A stretch of 64,000 nt of DNA from an uncultured virus (IMG/VR IMGVR_UViG_3300001580_000018) (IMGVR_UViG_3300001580_000018:1-64000), one strand, 5' to 3'. Counted from the stretch's first letter, positions 7,952 to 18,016 are shown. Made by a program: numbers and translations. The notes: a model not told the origin generated them from the sequence alone.

Positions 7952-8386
7952 TTATTTTGCAATAAATTTTCGAACATGCGACGCATGTATTCTACATTGT
8001 ATATGCCCATTGTAGTAGTCATCAGACTCTAACACACATCTTGCAAACTGCTCTCTGGCTTCGATATACGTGCATTCTGCTTTGCTACGACAATAGTAAA
8101 GTATTTCTCTAGTGAAATTTTCTGGACCCAGTTCTAGAACGTCATTTGAAAGTTCAGAACTTGATCCATAGTATGTTTGCCAATCCGAATCTATATGCTT
8201 TTTGATTTTTTTGCGCTTCTTTTTGCCGTTTTTGAGCTTTACTGTCTTATATGTCGTTTTGCTGAATTTTGCTAATTTTTTGCCAATATACATCCTGCCG
8301 GTGAGTTTATTCGTTATCAAATAAACGAAACCAACACAATCTTCGGGTAATTCTACTATTTCTTGGGATTCGTAAAGCCATGTCAT
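7952..8386 (-). CDS. compact GIY-YIG family nuclease
   Basis: GFVYLITN...YIGKK, YYGSS, FTREIL, E..EQF and YYN motifs, with a Lys-rich insert. Confidence 0.85.
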   Translation of the reverse strand: MTWLYESQEIVELPEDCVGFVYLITNKLTGRMYIGKKLAKFSKTTYKTVKLKNGKKKRKKIKKHIDSDWQTYYGSSSELSNDVLELGPENFTREILYYCRSKAECTYIEAREQFARCVLESDDYYNGHIQCRIHASHVRKFIAK

Positions 8387-8396
8387 TCATTGTTAA

Positions 8397-9425
8397 TTAC
8401 CATTCCGTGACATGGTCAAAATCTTTTAAGCGGCCAGGAGCGCATTTGGTGGTGCATTCCAAGCTATCAAAACGCAAGAAATCAGTTTTCCAGAATTCAT
8501 CACTGATGATGTCCGAAAAAGTGCGCTGTCGGAGGTTGAATTTAGTGCGTGCCAGTTCGTGCCATTGTTGATTGTGTTGGTAGCGATTGGCGGTCCAGCA
8601 GCAGGGATAGAACTCACCTTGGCTGTTTAAAAACACGCCTTTGTTGCCGATCAAGCAGATACCAGAGTATTGTTTTTGTTTTTCCAGAGTCTGTGCCCGT
8701 TGCCAAAAAACAGTTTTTATCTGATCACTGGGCCTCGATCGTGCTGTGATCGGATGCAGCATCCTCTCGAATCTATGTCCCGAGGCCACGAGATCCGGAT
8801 ATTCGGGGCACAGAGGATCTTGGGATCCATATGCTTCGGGGTAATGACTACCAAACTTGGTGCTCTTGGTCAGCTGGAAAAGATCCATGCCATGTTCTTC
8901 TGCCAGGCTTTGCATGTAGATCAAGTGATCTTGGTTGAATCGAAAAGCGATGGCAGCCCAGACACAGTAAGTAGATTGGTTTGCTGTTTTAAAGGTATCC
9001 ATGCCGCTGATGATGCTTCCCCAGTCGCAGTTGACACGATATTGTTGATTGCTGTCCTGGTCCCAACCATCGATGCTCCAGTTTATTTCATCGTGATGAT
9101 TTAACACACCGGCTAACTCTTGCCACCATGACTGGGGTTTGTAACTGCCGTTGGTGATCAGCACCAAGTTCATTGATGGATTCACAGATTTGATCCACTG
9201 GATGATGGCCAGTAGATCACGGCAATATATGGGATCTCCGTCATTGCCACAGAAAGTGATTTTGCGTATGGATTTTATAGTGTCCGCACCAATTTGATTT
9301 TGGAAAAATCCTAGATCGAGCTGTCGATTCAGTAGAGTCTCGGGAACCTCGGCTCGGGGGCATCTAGGACATTTCAAGGTACAGATGCTGCTGGGTTCAA
9401 TATGCCAGTGATCCCAGGCTAACAT
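8397..9425 (-). CDS. radical SAM protein with C-terminal SPASM/twitch-like domain
   Basis: CTLKCPRC, CGNDGDP, TNG and C-terminal C...PCCW...C..KC. Start reassigned to ATG 9425 (GAGGTG SD, overlaps the upstream stop). Confidence 0.9.
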   Translation of the reverse strand: MLAWDHWHIEPSSICTLKCPRCPRAEVPETLLNRQLDLGFFQNQIGADTIKSIRKITFCGNDGDPIYCRDLLAIIQWIKSVNPSMNLVLITNGSYKPQSWWQELAGVLNHHDEINWSIDGWDQDSNQQYRVNCDWGSIISGMDTFKTANQSTYCVWAAIAFRFNQDHLIYMQSLAEEHGMDLFQLTKSTKFGSHYPEAYGSQDPLCPEYPDLVASGHRFERMLHPITARSRPSDQIKTVFWQRAQTLEKQKQYSGICLIGNKGVFLNSQGEFYPCCWTANRYQHNQQWHELARTKFNLRQRTFSDIISDEFWKTDFLRFDSLECTTKCAPGRLKDFDHVTEW

Positions 9426-10288
9426 AATGCCACCTCTCGTTGCCATTGGTTTCGGAAGTTGGTGTCGTTGCCGATCACTGTGCAGGTATTCTGGCATACC
9501 GGATGTGGTGCATCGGTATTCCACGTCGGTCTCACTTGTTCGATGTCTGTGACGAACTCCTGTTGCCGGCTACCTAACCAACAACACGGACTCATCCGGC
9601 CTTGTGCATCGATGTAAATGCTCTGTTCCTGCAAGGCATGGCAACGGATCGTGCTACGATGTATCAGCGTCGGCTGCCAGTTCACAGGATGCTCTAGTCC
9701 CCCGATCATGGCACGTTTGCTGACTTTGGCACGGAACCAAGTGAATCCCATGCTGCGTGCCAGGCTTTCAGCAGCATCCACTTGATGCTGATTGTGTCGG
9801 TACACCAACATATCCCAGTGAGCCGACCCCCCGGCGTCGATAAACGCCTGGGCGTTTTTCATCAGAATCGGCCAATCAACACCACGTCGATAGATATGAT
9901 TGGTGTCAGCGAGCCCATCGATGCTGAATACCACATAATCTCTGGATTGATTTAATATGCCAGCCAATTCCTGCCACCATTCCTTGTTGCGCAACGCACC
10001 ATTGGTGTTCATGCCCAAGGTGATGTCGTGATTCACTGACCGAAACCATCGATATATGTCCAAGGTATGTTTGCCGGCCGCTGGATCGCCGTAGTTGCCA
10101 CACATAAACATCTTGTACAATCCAGCCACGGTCTCCAAAGACACCAAATCTTTTATTTGATCGACGGAAAGGTGGTGCTGTGATTTTTTATCAAACAATG
10201 TATCGGTCTCGCGGGCACACTGCGGACAGGCTGCCTGGCAGACATCCGTTGGCTCGAGATGTAGGACCTTTATTTCACGCAACATCAA
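9419..10288 (-). CDS. radical SAM protein with C-terminal SPASM/twitch-like domain
   Basis: CQAACPQC, CGNYGDP, NTNG, FSIDG, PCCW and C...C. Confidence 0.9.
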   Translation of the reverse strand: MMLREIKVLHLEPTDVCQAACPQCARETDTLFDKKSQHHLSVDQIKDLVSLETVAGLYKMFMCGNYGDPAAGKHTLDIYRWFRSVNHDITLGMNTNGALRNKEWWQELAGILNQSRDYVVFSIDGLADTNHIYRRGVDWPILMKNAQAFIDAGGSAHWDMLVYRHNQHQVDAAESLARSMGFTWFRAKVSKRAMIGGLEHPVNWQPTLIHRSTIRCHALQEQSIYIDAQGRMSPCCWLGSRQQEFVTDIEQVRPTWNTDAPHPVCQNTCTVIGNDTNFRNQWQREVALC

Positions 10289-12048
10289 TTAGTATCTATG
10301 TCCGTACTGTATGCTGTAAAACCGTTTTCTTTGACTACTTTGAGAATATTGCTTACCCTACCAACAAGTTCGTCTCTATGACTCACTAACCAGACGCTTT
10401 TATCACGATCTCTTGACATTTGTTTCAACAATGCTAACGCACTCTCTACTCCGCTAGAATCGAGCCCGCTATCAATCAATTCGTCAATGAATAGCACATT
10501 GATGGGGTGATACAGGCTTTCCCACACGTCACGGAACGCCCAGCTCATACTCAAGATTAGACGATTGCGCTCACCACGGCTGAGATTATCAAAATCTAGA
10601 TCTCTGCCCAGTTCTTGTATCTCTACAGTGAGATCGTTTTGGAAGATCACAGTGTGCGGCAATCCGATCCTATCCAGATACCAAGTTAGGCGCTGATTGA
10701 GATAGCTCAAGTTTTGTTCAATGATCTTCTTGCGGATAAAACTATCCTTGTTAGTCAAGAGCTTGAGCAAGAAATCTTGGTGCTCTTGTAATCTAGTAAG
10801 ATCATTGAGTGCATCATAGGTGATTTCTTGCAGAGCTTGATTCTGCATATCAGATATCTGTTCACCATAAGGGTCTGTTTCTGCTGCACGAGCGGAAAGA
10901 TCTTTGCGTAGCCCATCCAAACTGTTTTTGTGATTTAACGCCTGTTCAAGATCATCATAGAATACCTGCGGCGCTGTGCCTAACTCTCCCAGTTCGTCCA
11001 GTTCGTTTTCGTATTCTACCAACTCATTTTGTTTTTCTTGCCAGACCGCAACAACATCGGCCAAGGTTGTTAGTTTACCTTGCTTGATCTCTTCGTGTTT
11101 GCTGTCATGCACGGTTTGTCCACAGGCGTGACATTTGTGATCAGCCAATAAGGCTAAATCTTGCTCTAACTTTTTTCGATCGGTTTCAAGTTTGCCAATT
11201 TCGGTGCCCAGCAGTTTGATATTTTTCTTGATATCATTGATTTCTTTTTGTTTGTAATGGAACGCATTAAGATCTCTGTGTGCTTGGACCTCGGCATCGA
11301 TATCGATATGCTCTAGGCTTTCGATAGCTTGTTGCAGTTTCTCACAATCTTCTTCCTGTTTCTTGAGCCACAATGTCTGCCGTTTTTTGAGACTTTCGAT
11401 CTGCTCTTCGATGCGTTTGTTGGCTTCTTGCACAGCACGGATGCGTAATTCCTCAGAGGTGATGGCTTCTTTGGTCGCACGATTTATCTCTTTGATCCGT
11501 TCAGCACGTTCACTAAGCAAGGTGATGCCCAAGAGTTGTTCAATGATCACACGCTGGTCATTGGCTTTGAGACTCAAGAACGGTTCGGTGTAGGTATTCA
11601 GCGCCAACACATGACGGAACATGTCATGTGTCATACCCAAGGCTGCTTCGATCGCGTCTTGAGTCTCGCGGCTGTCGCCTTGACTGTTGTCATCAGCAGC
11701 CTGTTCTTCGTTGTTGACGTAGAACTTTAGGATGTTAGGTTTTCGACCTCGCTCGATTCTGAAATCTTTGCCATTGATTGAAAATTCTAGGCTTACCAAC
11801 ATATTTTTGCCGTTGGTTCGATTTATCAGATTATCTTTACGTATGTTACTGATAGCAGCCCCATAAAGAGCATAACTCAGAGCATTGATGATGGTAGTCT
11901 TACCTGTGCCATTACGGCTGCCATCACCGCCTAGATCTAGATTTTCCCCTAGCACCAGAGTGAGATCTCTGCGATCAAAATTGATGGCCTGTGTGGCATT
12001 GCCCACGCTCATGAAATTTTTTACTGTTAAATCTTTTATGTTGATCAT
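10285..12048 (-). CDS. recombination endonuclease ATPase subunit, T4 gp46/SbcC/Rad50-like
   Basis: KNFMSVGN, Walker A NGTGKTT, coiled coil with CHAC zinc hook, signature LSRGE, Walker B FIDE, VSH. Confidence 0.95.
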   Translation of the reverse strand: MINIKDLTVKNFMSVGNATQAINFDRRDLTLVLGENLDLGGDGSRNGTGKTTIINALSYALYGAAISNIRKDNLINRTNGKNMLVSLEFSINGKDFRIERGRKPNILKFYVNNEEQAADDNSQGDSRETQDAIEAALGMTHDMFRHVLALNTYTEPFLSLKANDQRVIIEQLLGITLLSERAERIKEINRATKEAITSEELRIRAVQEANKRIEEQIESLKKRQTLWLKKQEEDCEKLQQAIESLEHIDIDAEVQAHRDLNAFHYKQKEINDIKKNIKLLGTEIGKLETDRKKLEQDLALLADHKCHACGQTVHDSKHEEIKQGKLTTLADVVAVWQEKQNELVEYENELDELGELGTAPQVFYDDLEQALNHKNSLDGLRKDLSARAAETDPYGEQISDMQNQALQEITYDALNDLTRLQEHQDFLLKLLTNKDSFIRKKIIEQNLSYLNQRLTWYLDRIGLPHTVIFQNDLTVEIQELGRDLDFDNLSRGERNRLILSMSWAFRDVWESLYHPINVLFIDELIDSGLDSSGVESALALLKQMSRDRDKSVWLVSHRDELVGRVSNILKVVKENGFTAYSTDIDTN

Positions 12049-12758
12049 ATTCGAGTCTGCACCAAAGGCAGGAAAAAGTCGGCTAAGATGCGATGATCTG
12101 ACACTGATGGGTGTCTGGAAAATTTTACTATTTTAGAAATGTGCCATGAAAAATTATAAAAATTATCATGATCAATCAATCGATATAGTTCGTTGAGTTT
12201 GGTCTCAACATTTTGTATGTTGTCGTCGGTCATCAAGTCAAAAGCATCCAGCAATTTATCTTTGATTTTACTATGTTCCTGGCTGATGGTCAATAGTTTT
12301 GAAATGTTGGATGAATCTGCGTCGTTAAACATGAAATAGGGTATGTGTTGTGATTGCAAAAATCTTTGCACCAAGATCACTTGATGCAAAAAATGCCATG
12401 CATCGTATAGAAAATTGCTCCAGTATTTGTAAAGCAAAGTTTGGAACTTTTTGAATTCAACCTGATCTTGATAGATGCTGTTTTGTCCAGACGGGCTGAT
12501 ATCGATCAGGAAATTGTTTTCCCCCCTCACAAACATTCGCCTTGAGAGATTGACCCACCCAATCACTACTGCTGTAGGTCTATGGCCGGCGCAAAAATTT
12601 AGGACATCAAAAACTATGTGTTGGTTTGATTTACCTTTGATTGCTTGGTTTACCACAGGGATGCCAAGTTTGTTGCCAAGTATGAATGGCCAAGCATTGG
12701 TTTCTCTCTGTTCGATCTCGTCCCCGTAGGTGTTGCTACCGCCATCAATGTAGATCAT
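12045..12758 (-). CDS. SGNH-like hypothetical protein
   Basis: GGSNTYGDE...WP..LG, N.A..GKSN, and HPS..DH near the C-terminus; AT-rich. Confidence 0.55.
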   Translation of the reverse strand: MIYIDGGSNTYGDEIEQRETNAWPFILGNKLGIPVVNQAIKGKSNQHIVFDVLNFCAGHRPTAVVIGWVNLSRRMFVRGENNFLIDISPSGQNSIYQDQVEFKKFQTLLYKYWSNFLYDAWHFLHQVILVQRFLQSQHIPYFMFNDADSSNISKLLTISQEHSKIKDKLLDAFDLMTDDNIQNVETKLNELYRLIDHDNFYNFSWHISKIVKFSRHPSVSDHRILADFFLPLVQTRI

Positions 12759-13323
12759 GTTTTTGTATCCATTGTTCTAATATATCTGCTAACTGCTTGT
12801 TTCCTATTGGATCAAAATGATTCACTTGGCCTCTGTGGCGCTCAAACAGATCGGACGCATCAAAATCCAGATGGGGCAGGGCTAAGCCTATGTGGAACGA
12901 AAATACCTTGTGTAACAGTTTCGTGATTTCTTGTTGTATTAAAACATGCACAAACTTAGCGTAATCCAAATCAAAATATTTTTCAAAGAAAGTTGACAGA
13001 ATCTCTTTGTCTTTGAACTCGGGTTGGTTTATGATGTCATAATATATCAGATCGCTGTTGCAATGCAGTTTCGTGTCACTGAGGTACGGGTGTTGTTTGA
13101 CATAGATCCTATAGGGACTAGTATGGAAAACTATCACACCATCAAATCTGTCAAGATCTGACTGCTTGAGTTGCAGATAAATTTTGTATTCACTGCAGCC
13201 GGCTTGTGCGACATTGGTTACGTTGTGTTTCATACCCAGGATCTGGGGCCAGCCTGGGTAATCAAGAGTACCGATTACGCTATAATCTGCAGCAAAACTG
13301 TCTCCGCATATCAATATGTTCAT
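12745..13323 (-). CDS. SGNH-like hypothetical protein
   Basis: CGDSFAAD...WP..L, NVAQAGCSE, and C-terminal NHF...GN..LA. Confidence 0.6.
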   Translation of the reverse strand: MNILICGDSFAADYSVIGTLDYPGWPQILGMKHNVTNVAQAGCSEYKIYLQLKQSDLDRFDGVIVFHTSPYRIYVKQHPYLSDTKLHCNSDLIYYDIINQPEFKDKEILSTFFEKYFDLDYAKFVHVLIQQEITKLLHKVFSFHIGLALPHLDFDASDLFERHRGQVNHFDPIGNKQLADILEQWIQKHDLH

Positions 13324-14333
13324 AGGGCCTGATAAATCTGCAACAATAATTTTGGATCGTAGAATTCTGATTCAATCCGGGTGATCTGGTCCGTGACGAT
13401 CTGATCCACACTTTCAAACTTGACATCGCCTGGCGCCATGTCTTCCTCTAGGGCCGCACGTTTGTTGGGCATCAATGCCATTTCTCTCAGACCGTATTTG
13501 GTGATAAATGTTTCTTTGATGTAATTGGCCTCTTCGTAGCTGATCTCGATGTCTAGCTGCACACGCACATGCATGTTGGGCTTCAATATCGTTGCAGCAT
13601 TATCAATCACATACGACAGGTCCCAAACATTGTACAACGGTTGATCTGGCCATACATGATATTCAGGATCGGCACCCCATTCCAAGATCATAGCACCGCG
13701 ATTGGCATCGCCTACATCAGCGAAGTTATGTGGAAAAGCATTGCCGATATAATTGATGTTGTTTTTGCTTTGGCGCAAATGGAAATGCCCAGAAAATACT
13801 TTGTCGTAATTTCCAAAGTGTTCCACAGCGATCTCACCATGATCGGGCATCTCTACCATGGCATTCATCTTGAAGTGCGGCAGCTCAAAATGCCCAAACA
13901 TGTATTTGGCATTCATCTTAGAGATCTTTTTGTGATCGTCGCCTACTAACCAAGGAGCGATTATGACATCACCTTCCTGAAACCAATCATTGACTATCAC
14001 AATATTGGGTATATGCTTTGCCCACTCTGTGCTATAAATGTCTCGTCGATCTCGATAATAGAGATCGTGGTTGCCTGGGATGAAGTAAAATCTATCAAAT
14101 GCATTGCTAAGTTTTTCTAATGCCCGTAAACTATACTGCAAGGTCATCATATTGATAGATGCACGATGATGACTCCAGTCTCCGAGAAAGAATCCAGTCT
14201 CACATTCATTTTTTTTGGCGGTGTCAATAAACCAATCTATAAACTTTTCGCAGTCCTGATTGTGCAATAGACTATTGGACTTCAAACCGAAGTGCAAATC
14301 TGTAAAAACAGCGGCTTTTTTAAAAAGATTCAT
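13320..14333 (-). CDS. recombination endonuclease nuclease subunit, T4 gp47/SbcD/Mre11-like
   Basis: Metallophosphoesterase motifs DLHFG, LGD, GNHD, GHFE and SGHFH. Confidence 0.95.
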   Translation of the reverse strand: MNLFKKAAVFTDLHFGLKSNSLLHNQDCEKFIDWFIDTAKKNECETGFFLGDWSHHRASINMMTLQYSLRALEKLSNAFDRFYFIPGNHDLYYRDRRDIYSTEWAKHIPNIVIVNDWFQEGDVIIAPWLVGDDHKKISKMNAKYMFGHFELPHFKMNAMVEMPDHGEIAVEHFGNYDKVFSGHFHLRQSKNNINYIGNAFPHNFADVGDANRGAMILEWGADPEYHVWPDQPLYNVWDLSYVIDNAATILKPNMHVRVQLDIEISYEEANYIKETFITKYGLREMALMPNKRAALEEDMAPGDVKFESVDQIVTDQITRIESEFYDPKLLLQIYQAL

Positions 14334-14998
14334 CGTTTAAACGCTCTGCAATCTATTTTGGGTTCTGATAACATAAAGACTTGGTATCCTTTGTACGACC
14401 TATTTTGCAAAGTTACAAGTCTAGCATACTGACAATCAATCTTCAAGTCTTTTGATGCTTTTACCATTGACGGATATATTTTCTCCTCGCCAGTTGGAAG
14501 AATAACTTTGCATTCGTACCCATAGGAATTATGTTGTTCAATTTCTTTTTCTGTAAAGCCAGATTTGGCGATGCGAGTTAATCGAGTCTCGATTTTTTTT
14601 CTATAACTTTCGCGTTCTTTTTTACTAAGACCAGATTTGTTATGTTTTGATCTCAATGTTTTTGCTCTTTTATCANCATGGCATTTGGAAATAAATGACC
14701 AGCCTNCCTCTGCCTCATTTTTCTTGTTATAGTATCGCGGATCGTCTTTGATGTTGTTAATTTTATCAAGGTATTTCTGTTCTAGTTGTAGTGTGATATT
14801 GCAATCATTAATCCGATTGAATTCCAAAATAGTTCTTGTAAAGTTGGCTGGCCTTCTCTTGAATGCTCTTCTCATTTGTTGACTAGAGCAAATATAGCCA
14901 TCGTCCAATGGACCATGGTGGCTACCGATATACCACATTTTTCGTTTGTTATCGAACCATTGATAAACGAATCCAAAATAATCAATTGCATAAATCAT
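14330..14998 (-). CDS. Seg-like GIY-YIG homing endonuclease
   Basis: GFVY.W....YIGSH.G..DDGYICSS, FTRTIL, YYN, and a C-terminal YPSMVKAS..L DNA-binding motif. AT-rich and free-standing between gp55 and gp47. Start moved to ATG 14998, 5 nt after TAAATA. Confidence 0.85.
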   Translation of the reverse strand: MIYAIDYFGFVYQWFDNKRKMWYIGSHHGPLDDGYICSSQQMRRAFKRRPANFTRTILEFNRINDCNITLQLEQKYLDKINNIKDDPRYYNKKNEAEXGWSFISKCHXDKRAKTLRSKHNKSGLSKKERESYRKKIETRLTRIAKSGFTEKEIEQHNSYGYECKVILPTGEEKIYPSMVKASKDLKIDCQYARLVTLQNRSYKGYQVFMLSEPKIDCRAFKR

Positions 14999-15040
14999 GC
15001 AATTATTTATCAAACGCCCAATAAAAGGCGTTTAATTATA

Positions 15041-15928
15041 CTACTCTTCTGCGGACGTTGCAACCGGTGCGGAAGGTTGCGCCGAATTTGAGTATTGCCG
15101 CGTCCAGCTCGGGTTTAATCCGTTCATCTCTAATATATCATCGCGGATGTTCTGCATCTTTTTCTCGATGTTTAGCACACGGGTGAACGAATTAGTGATG
15201 GCTGCAGTGTAATACGCAAACGGATTTTGGCTTTTGCTTTCGTCAAATTGTAGACCGATCTGCGATAGCTGTAACAGCGCCTGGCCGCGCATTTCTTCGT
15301 TGTAAGTATATCCCCGCCAGTTGGATCTGGTAGCATAACGTTCGCAGAGTTTCATGAACATCATGGCCAATTTACGGGTCATCTCGCCGTGATCCCGGCT
15401 GTACTCTCCGGTGTCAACGTCGCCTTTCCAATGCGATTTTCCCACGAGGTATGGTACCTTGTGATCTGTGATACGATAATGGAAAAACGGAGGGAAATTT
15501 ACCCTGACGTGCACCGGATCTAGTACAGGTTCATCTACTAATTCTGCCAAAGGGTCTTCGGGTGGTAACTCTTCAAATCCCAAGATATCTTCGATGGTTT
15601 TTTTCTTTTTCGCTGCAGCCTTGGGCTGTTTTTTTGGGGCTATGGGTATGTGTTCCCATGTCATGATTCGGAAAACTAAATCGGTGTTGGGGATCTTCTT
15701 TTCGTTGACCTCCGCGCCGGTTTCCTTGGTCAATCTGGCAGCTCGGTTGCGTCGGGCTTCTGCAATGGTCCGCTGGTTGATCTTGCTAACGCTGCTCAAG
15801 ATTATATCATACTGATGATCTTTTTGGGGATCTCTGAAACTACAGTATGTGTTCTTGCTCAGGTGTATTTCTTTTAATAAATCGCGGTTATTGAGGTAAT
15901 TTACCTTGGGTGGAGGTGTTATAGACAA
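15041..15928 (-). CDS. late-transcription sigma factor, T4 gp55-like
   Basis: NYLNNRDLLKEI, RSNWRGYTYNEEM, FDESKSQNPFAYYT...NSF.R.LN.EKK; TTG start with GGAG SD. Confidence 0.9.
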   Translation of the reverse strand: MSITPPPKVNYLNNRDLLKEIHLSKNTYCSFRDPQKDHQYDIILSSVSKINQRTIAEARRNRAARLTKETGAEVNEKKIPNTDLVFRIMTWEHIPIAPKKQPKAAAKKKKTIEDILGFEELPPEDPLAELVDEPVLDPVHVRVNFPPFFHYRITDHKVPYLVGKSHWKGDVDTGEYSRDHGEMTRKLAMMFMKLCERYATRSNWRGYTYNEEMRGQALLQLSQIGLQFDESKSQNPFAYYTAAITNSFTRVLNIEKKMQNIRDDILEMNGLNPSWTRQYSNSAQPSAPVATSAEE

Positions 15929-15954
15929 CGGTTTTATCTCCTTTGGATGTAGCT

Positions 15955-15994
15955 ATTGTACAACATTTGACACATTTGTCAAATCTTTTACAAC
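15955..15994. promoter_or_regulatory. sigma70-like promoter for gp55 within a palindrome
   Basis: Minus strand TTGACA(15982-15977)-N16-TACAAT(15960-15955); ATTTGACA-CATT-TGTCAAAT inverted repeat at 15965-15984. Confidence 0.7.
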
Positions 15995-16043
15995 TATAAA
16001 GTTAGCCGTTTTTGCCCACGGTAAATACATCACAGGATATCCT

Positions 16044-17711
16044 ATGAGCACCCAGGCACAATTAAATCAAGCAGATCTTGCCTTGCAACGGGCCAATGAT
16101 GCATTAAACGAAGCACGCACGAATCTAATAAGAGCCGAGCGTCGTTTGAAGCTGGCTCAAGAAGCCGGATCTGAAGTAGATCCCGGAGTGCTATCACAAG
16201 CACAGCAAAATCTGGCGATAGCAAAAAATCAATTGGCCTCGGCGGACAGTGCTTATACAGCGGCCCAAACAAATTATACTCAAGTATTTAATTCGGTTGG
16301 TACTGATGCCGCACAAGATCCACAAGTGAACAATAGAGCAGCATCAACGCCTCGCGTGGTTGAAACAACACCAACACCAGCATCTAACCCCCCTGATCCA
16401 CAGGTACCAGCCGCCGAAGAACCCCTGCGAATAAACATCCGTGGTGTGGGCAGCACCACCAATGAAGAGATCACCCCCATCGAAGTGCAGCCTGCCCCGG
16501 TGGTCACAGTAGATACTACAGGAACGATAGTGGATCCCCCGCCACTAGACCCTGTCGCTCCAGTAGAAGGCGGCGGATTTTTTGGTGTACCCAGAGATCC
16601 TGCACCGGTAGATGACTACGAATACGAACAGTACCAAGCTGCCCTGGCCGCCGAACGAGAAGCCGCTGAAGCCAGTACCTTGAGAGAGCCCACAGCGGTT
16701 GATCTTGCCGACGACCCACAAGCAGATCCGCTGAGCCGCGGAACACCATTTGATGACGATGGCAATTTGAATCCTGGATGGACACTGGATGGCAACGATA
16801 GCCCGGTGTATATCGGCGATGATTTCATCGATCCTTCCCTGACTGATTCAGCAGCTGCCGGCCGTGCTGCTGCACGACAAGCAGCATTGACCAATCAAGC
16901 AAGAGCGCAGGCAGCATTACAACAGCAACGAAAATTGGCCAACGATGGCGACTGGCGTGTGCGTCTCCGTCTCGCTCCCAGCGCCAATTATCTATACAAA
17001 GCCGATAGTCCCGGTCCTTTGCTACAGCCGCTCAAAGAGACTGACGGTGTGGTGTTTCCTTATACGCCACAGATCATACAGGCCTATCGCGCTGAATATT
17101 CTTCTACTAATCTCACGCATTCCAACTATCGTGGATTCTTCTATCAAGGTAGCCAACAGGAAGACATACAGATCAATGCCACCTTTACAGCGCAAGATAC
17201 CCGGGAGGCCAACTATCTCTTGGCAGTGATGACATTCTTCAAGGCAGTGACCAAGATGTTTTACGGTCAGGATGCCCAACGAGGAACACCACCGCCGTTG
17301 GTATTTTTACAAGGTTTTGGACGATATCAATTCAATCTCAATCCCTGTGTGGTCACACAGTTTAACTACACGTTGCCCAATGATGTAGATTACATCCGTG
17401 CATTGAGCCCCAACATCAACGGCACCAATCAGAACAATCTCCGAGAAGGCCGTCGAGCAGTGCCCACAGATCCATTTTCGTCGGCGGTGTCAAGGATCAA
17501 AAACCTCTTGCAACCGCAACTGGGAACAGGGCTTTCGCAATATGATAAACCCGCGCCGCCCGCATTAGGCACCAACTCACCCACCTATGTGCCCACCAAG
17601 ATTGATATTAGTATAATACTACATCCCATGCAGACTCGCCAACAGATCAGTCAAGAGTTCAGTCTCAAGAACTATGCCAATGGTAGTTTGATAGAGAAAG
17701 GATTCTGGTAA
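16044..17711 (+). CDS. baseplate/tail-tube junction protein (gp48/gp54-like C-terminal domain) with long low-complexity N-terminus
   Basis: C-terminal DWRVRL, VFPYTPQI, THSNY and GTPPPLVFL.GFG. Start reassigned to ATG 16044 after TAAATA (16022) and AGGA. Confidence 0.65.
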   Translation: MSTQAQLNQADLALQRANDALNEARTNLIRAERRLKLAQEAGSEVDPGVLSQAQQNLAIAKNQLASADSAYTAAQTNYTQVFNSVGTDAAQDPQVNNRAASTPRVVETTPTPASNPPDPQVPAAEEPLRINIRGVGSTTNEEITPIEVQPAPVVTVDTTGTIVDPPPLDPVAPVEGGGFFGVPRDPAPVDDYEYEQYQAALAAEREAAEASTLREPTAVDLADDPQADPLSRGTPFDDDGNLNPGWTLDGNDSPVYIGDDFIDPSLTDSAAAGRAAARQAALTNQARAQAALQQQRKLANDGDWRVRLRLAPSANYLYKADSPGPLLQPLKETDGVVFPYTPQIIQAYRAEYSSTNLTHSNYRGFFYQGSQQEDIQINATFTAQDTREANYLLAVMTFFKAVTKMFYGQDAQRGTPPPLVFLQGFGRYQFNLNPCVVTQFNYTLPNDVDYIRALSPNINGTNQNNLREGRRAVPTDPFSSAVSRIKNLLQPQLGTGLSQYDKPAPPALGTNSPTYVPTKIDISIILHPMQTRQQISQEFSLKNYANGSLIEKGFW

Positions 17712-18013
17712 TGGCTGCACAATACGACACCACCAGTCCATACTTCAACACTGGCATCTCGCAGTTTTTCTTAGATGTCATGACCAATCGACCCATCCCT
17801 CGTGAGGCAGACGATAAGCTATTCACTATCGTAGAAACCTATCAATATCGACCAGACATGCTGGCCCTGGACCTTTACGGACAGAGCCAACTATGGTGGG
17901 TATTCTATCAGCGCAATCCCAATACCTTGGCTGCCCCACCTTGGGATTTCCAAGCCGGCGTGCAGATCTATTTGCCCAAGATCTCCACCTTGAGAACAGC
18001 GCTGGGATTTTAA
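17711..18013 (+). CDS. baseplate wedge protein, gp53-like (LysM-like)
   Basis: RPDMLALDLYG...LWWVF..RN...I.LP motif. Confidence 0.85.
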   Translation: MAAQYDTTSPYFNTGISQFFLDVMTNRPIPREADDKLFTIVETYQYRPDMLALDLYGQSQLWWVFYQRNPNTLAAPPWDFQAGVQIYLPKISTLRTALGF

Positions 18014-18016
18014 TCT

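Noticed and set aside
377..14333. Inteins or introns in portal, gp46 or gp47
   Set aside because: Lengths and motif spacing are ordinary, and no intein terminal motifs or frame breaks were seen.
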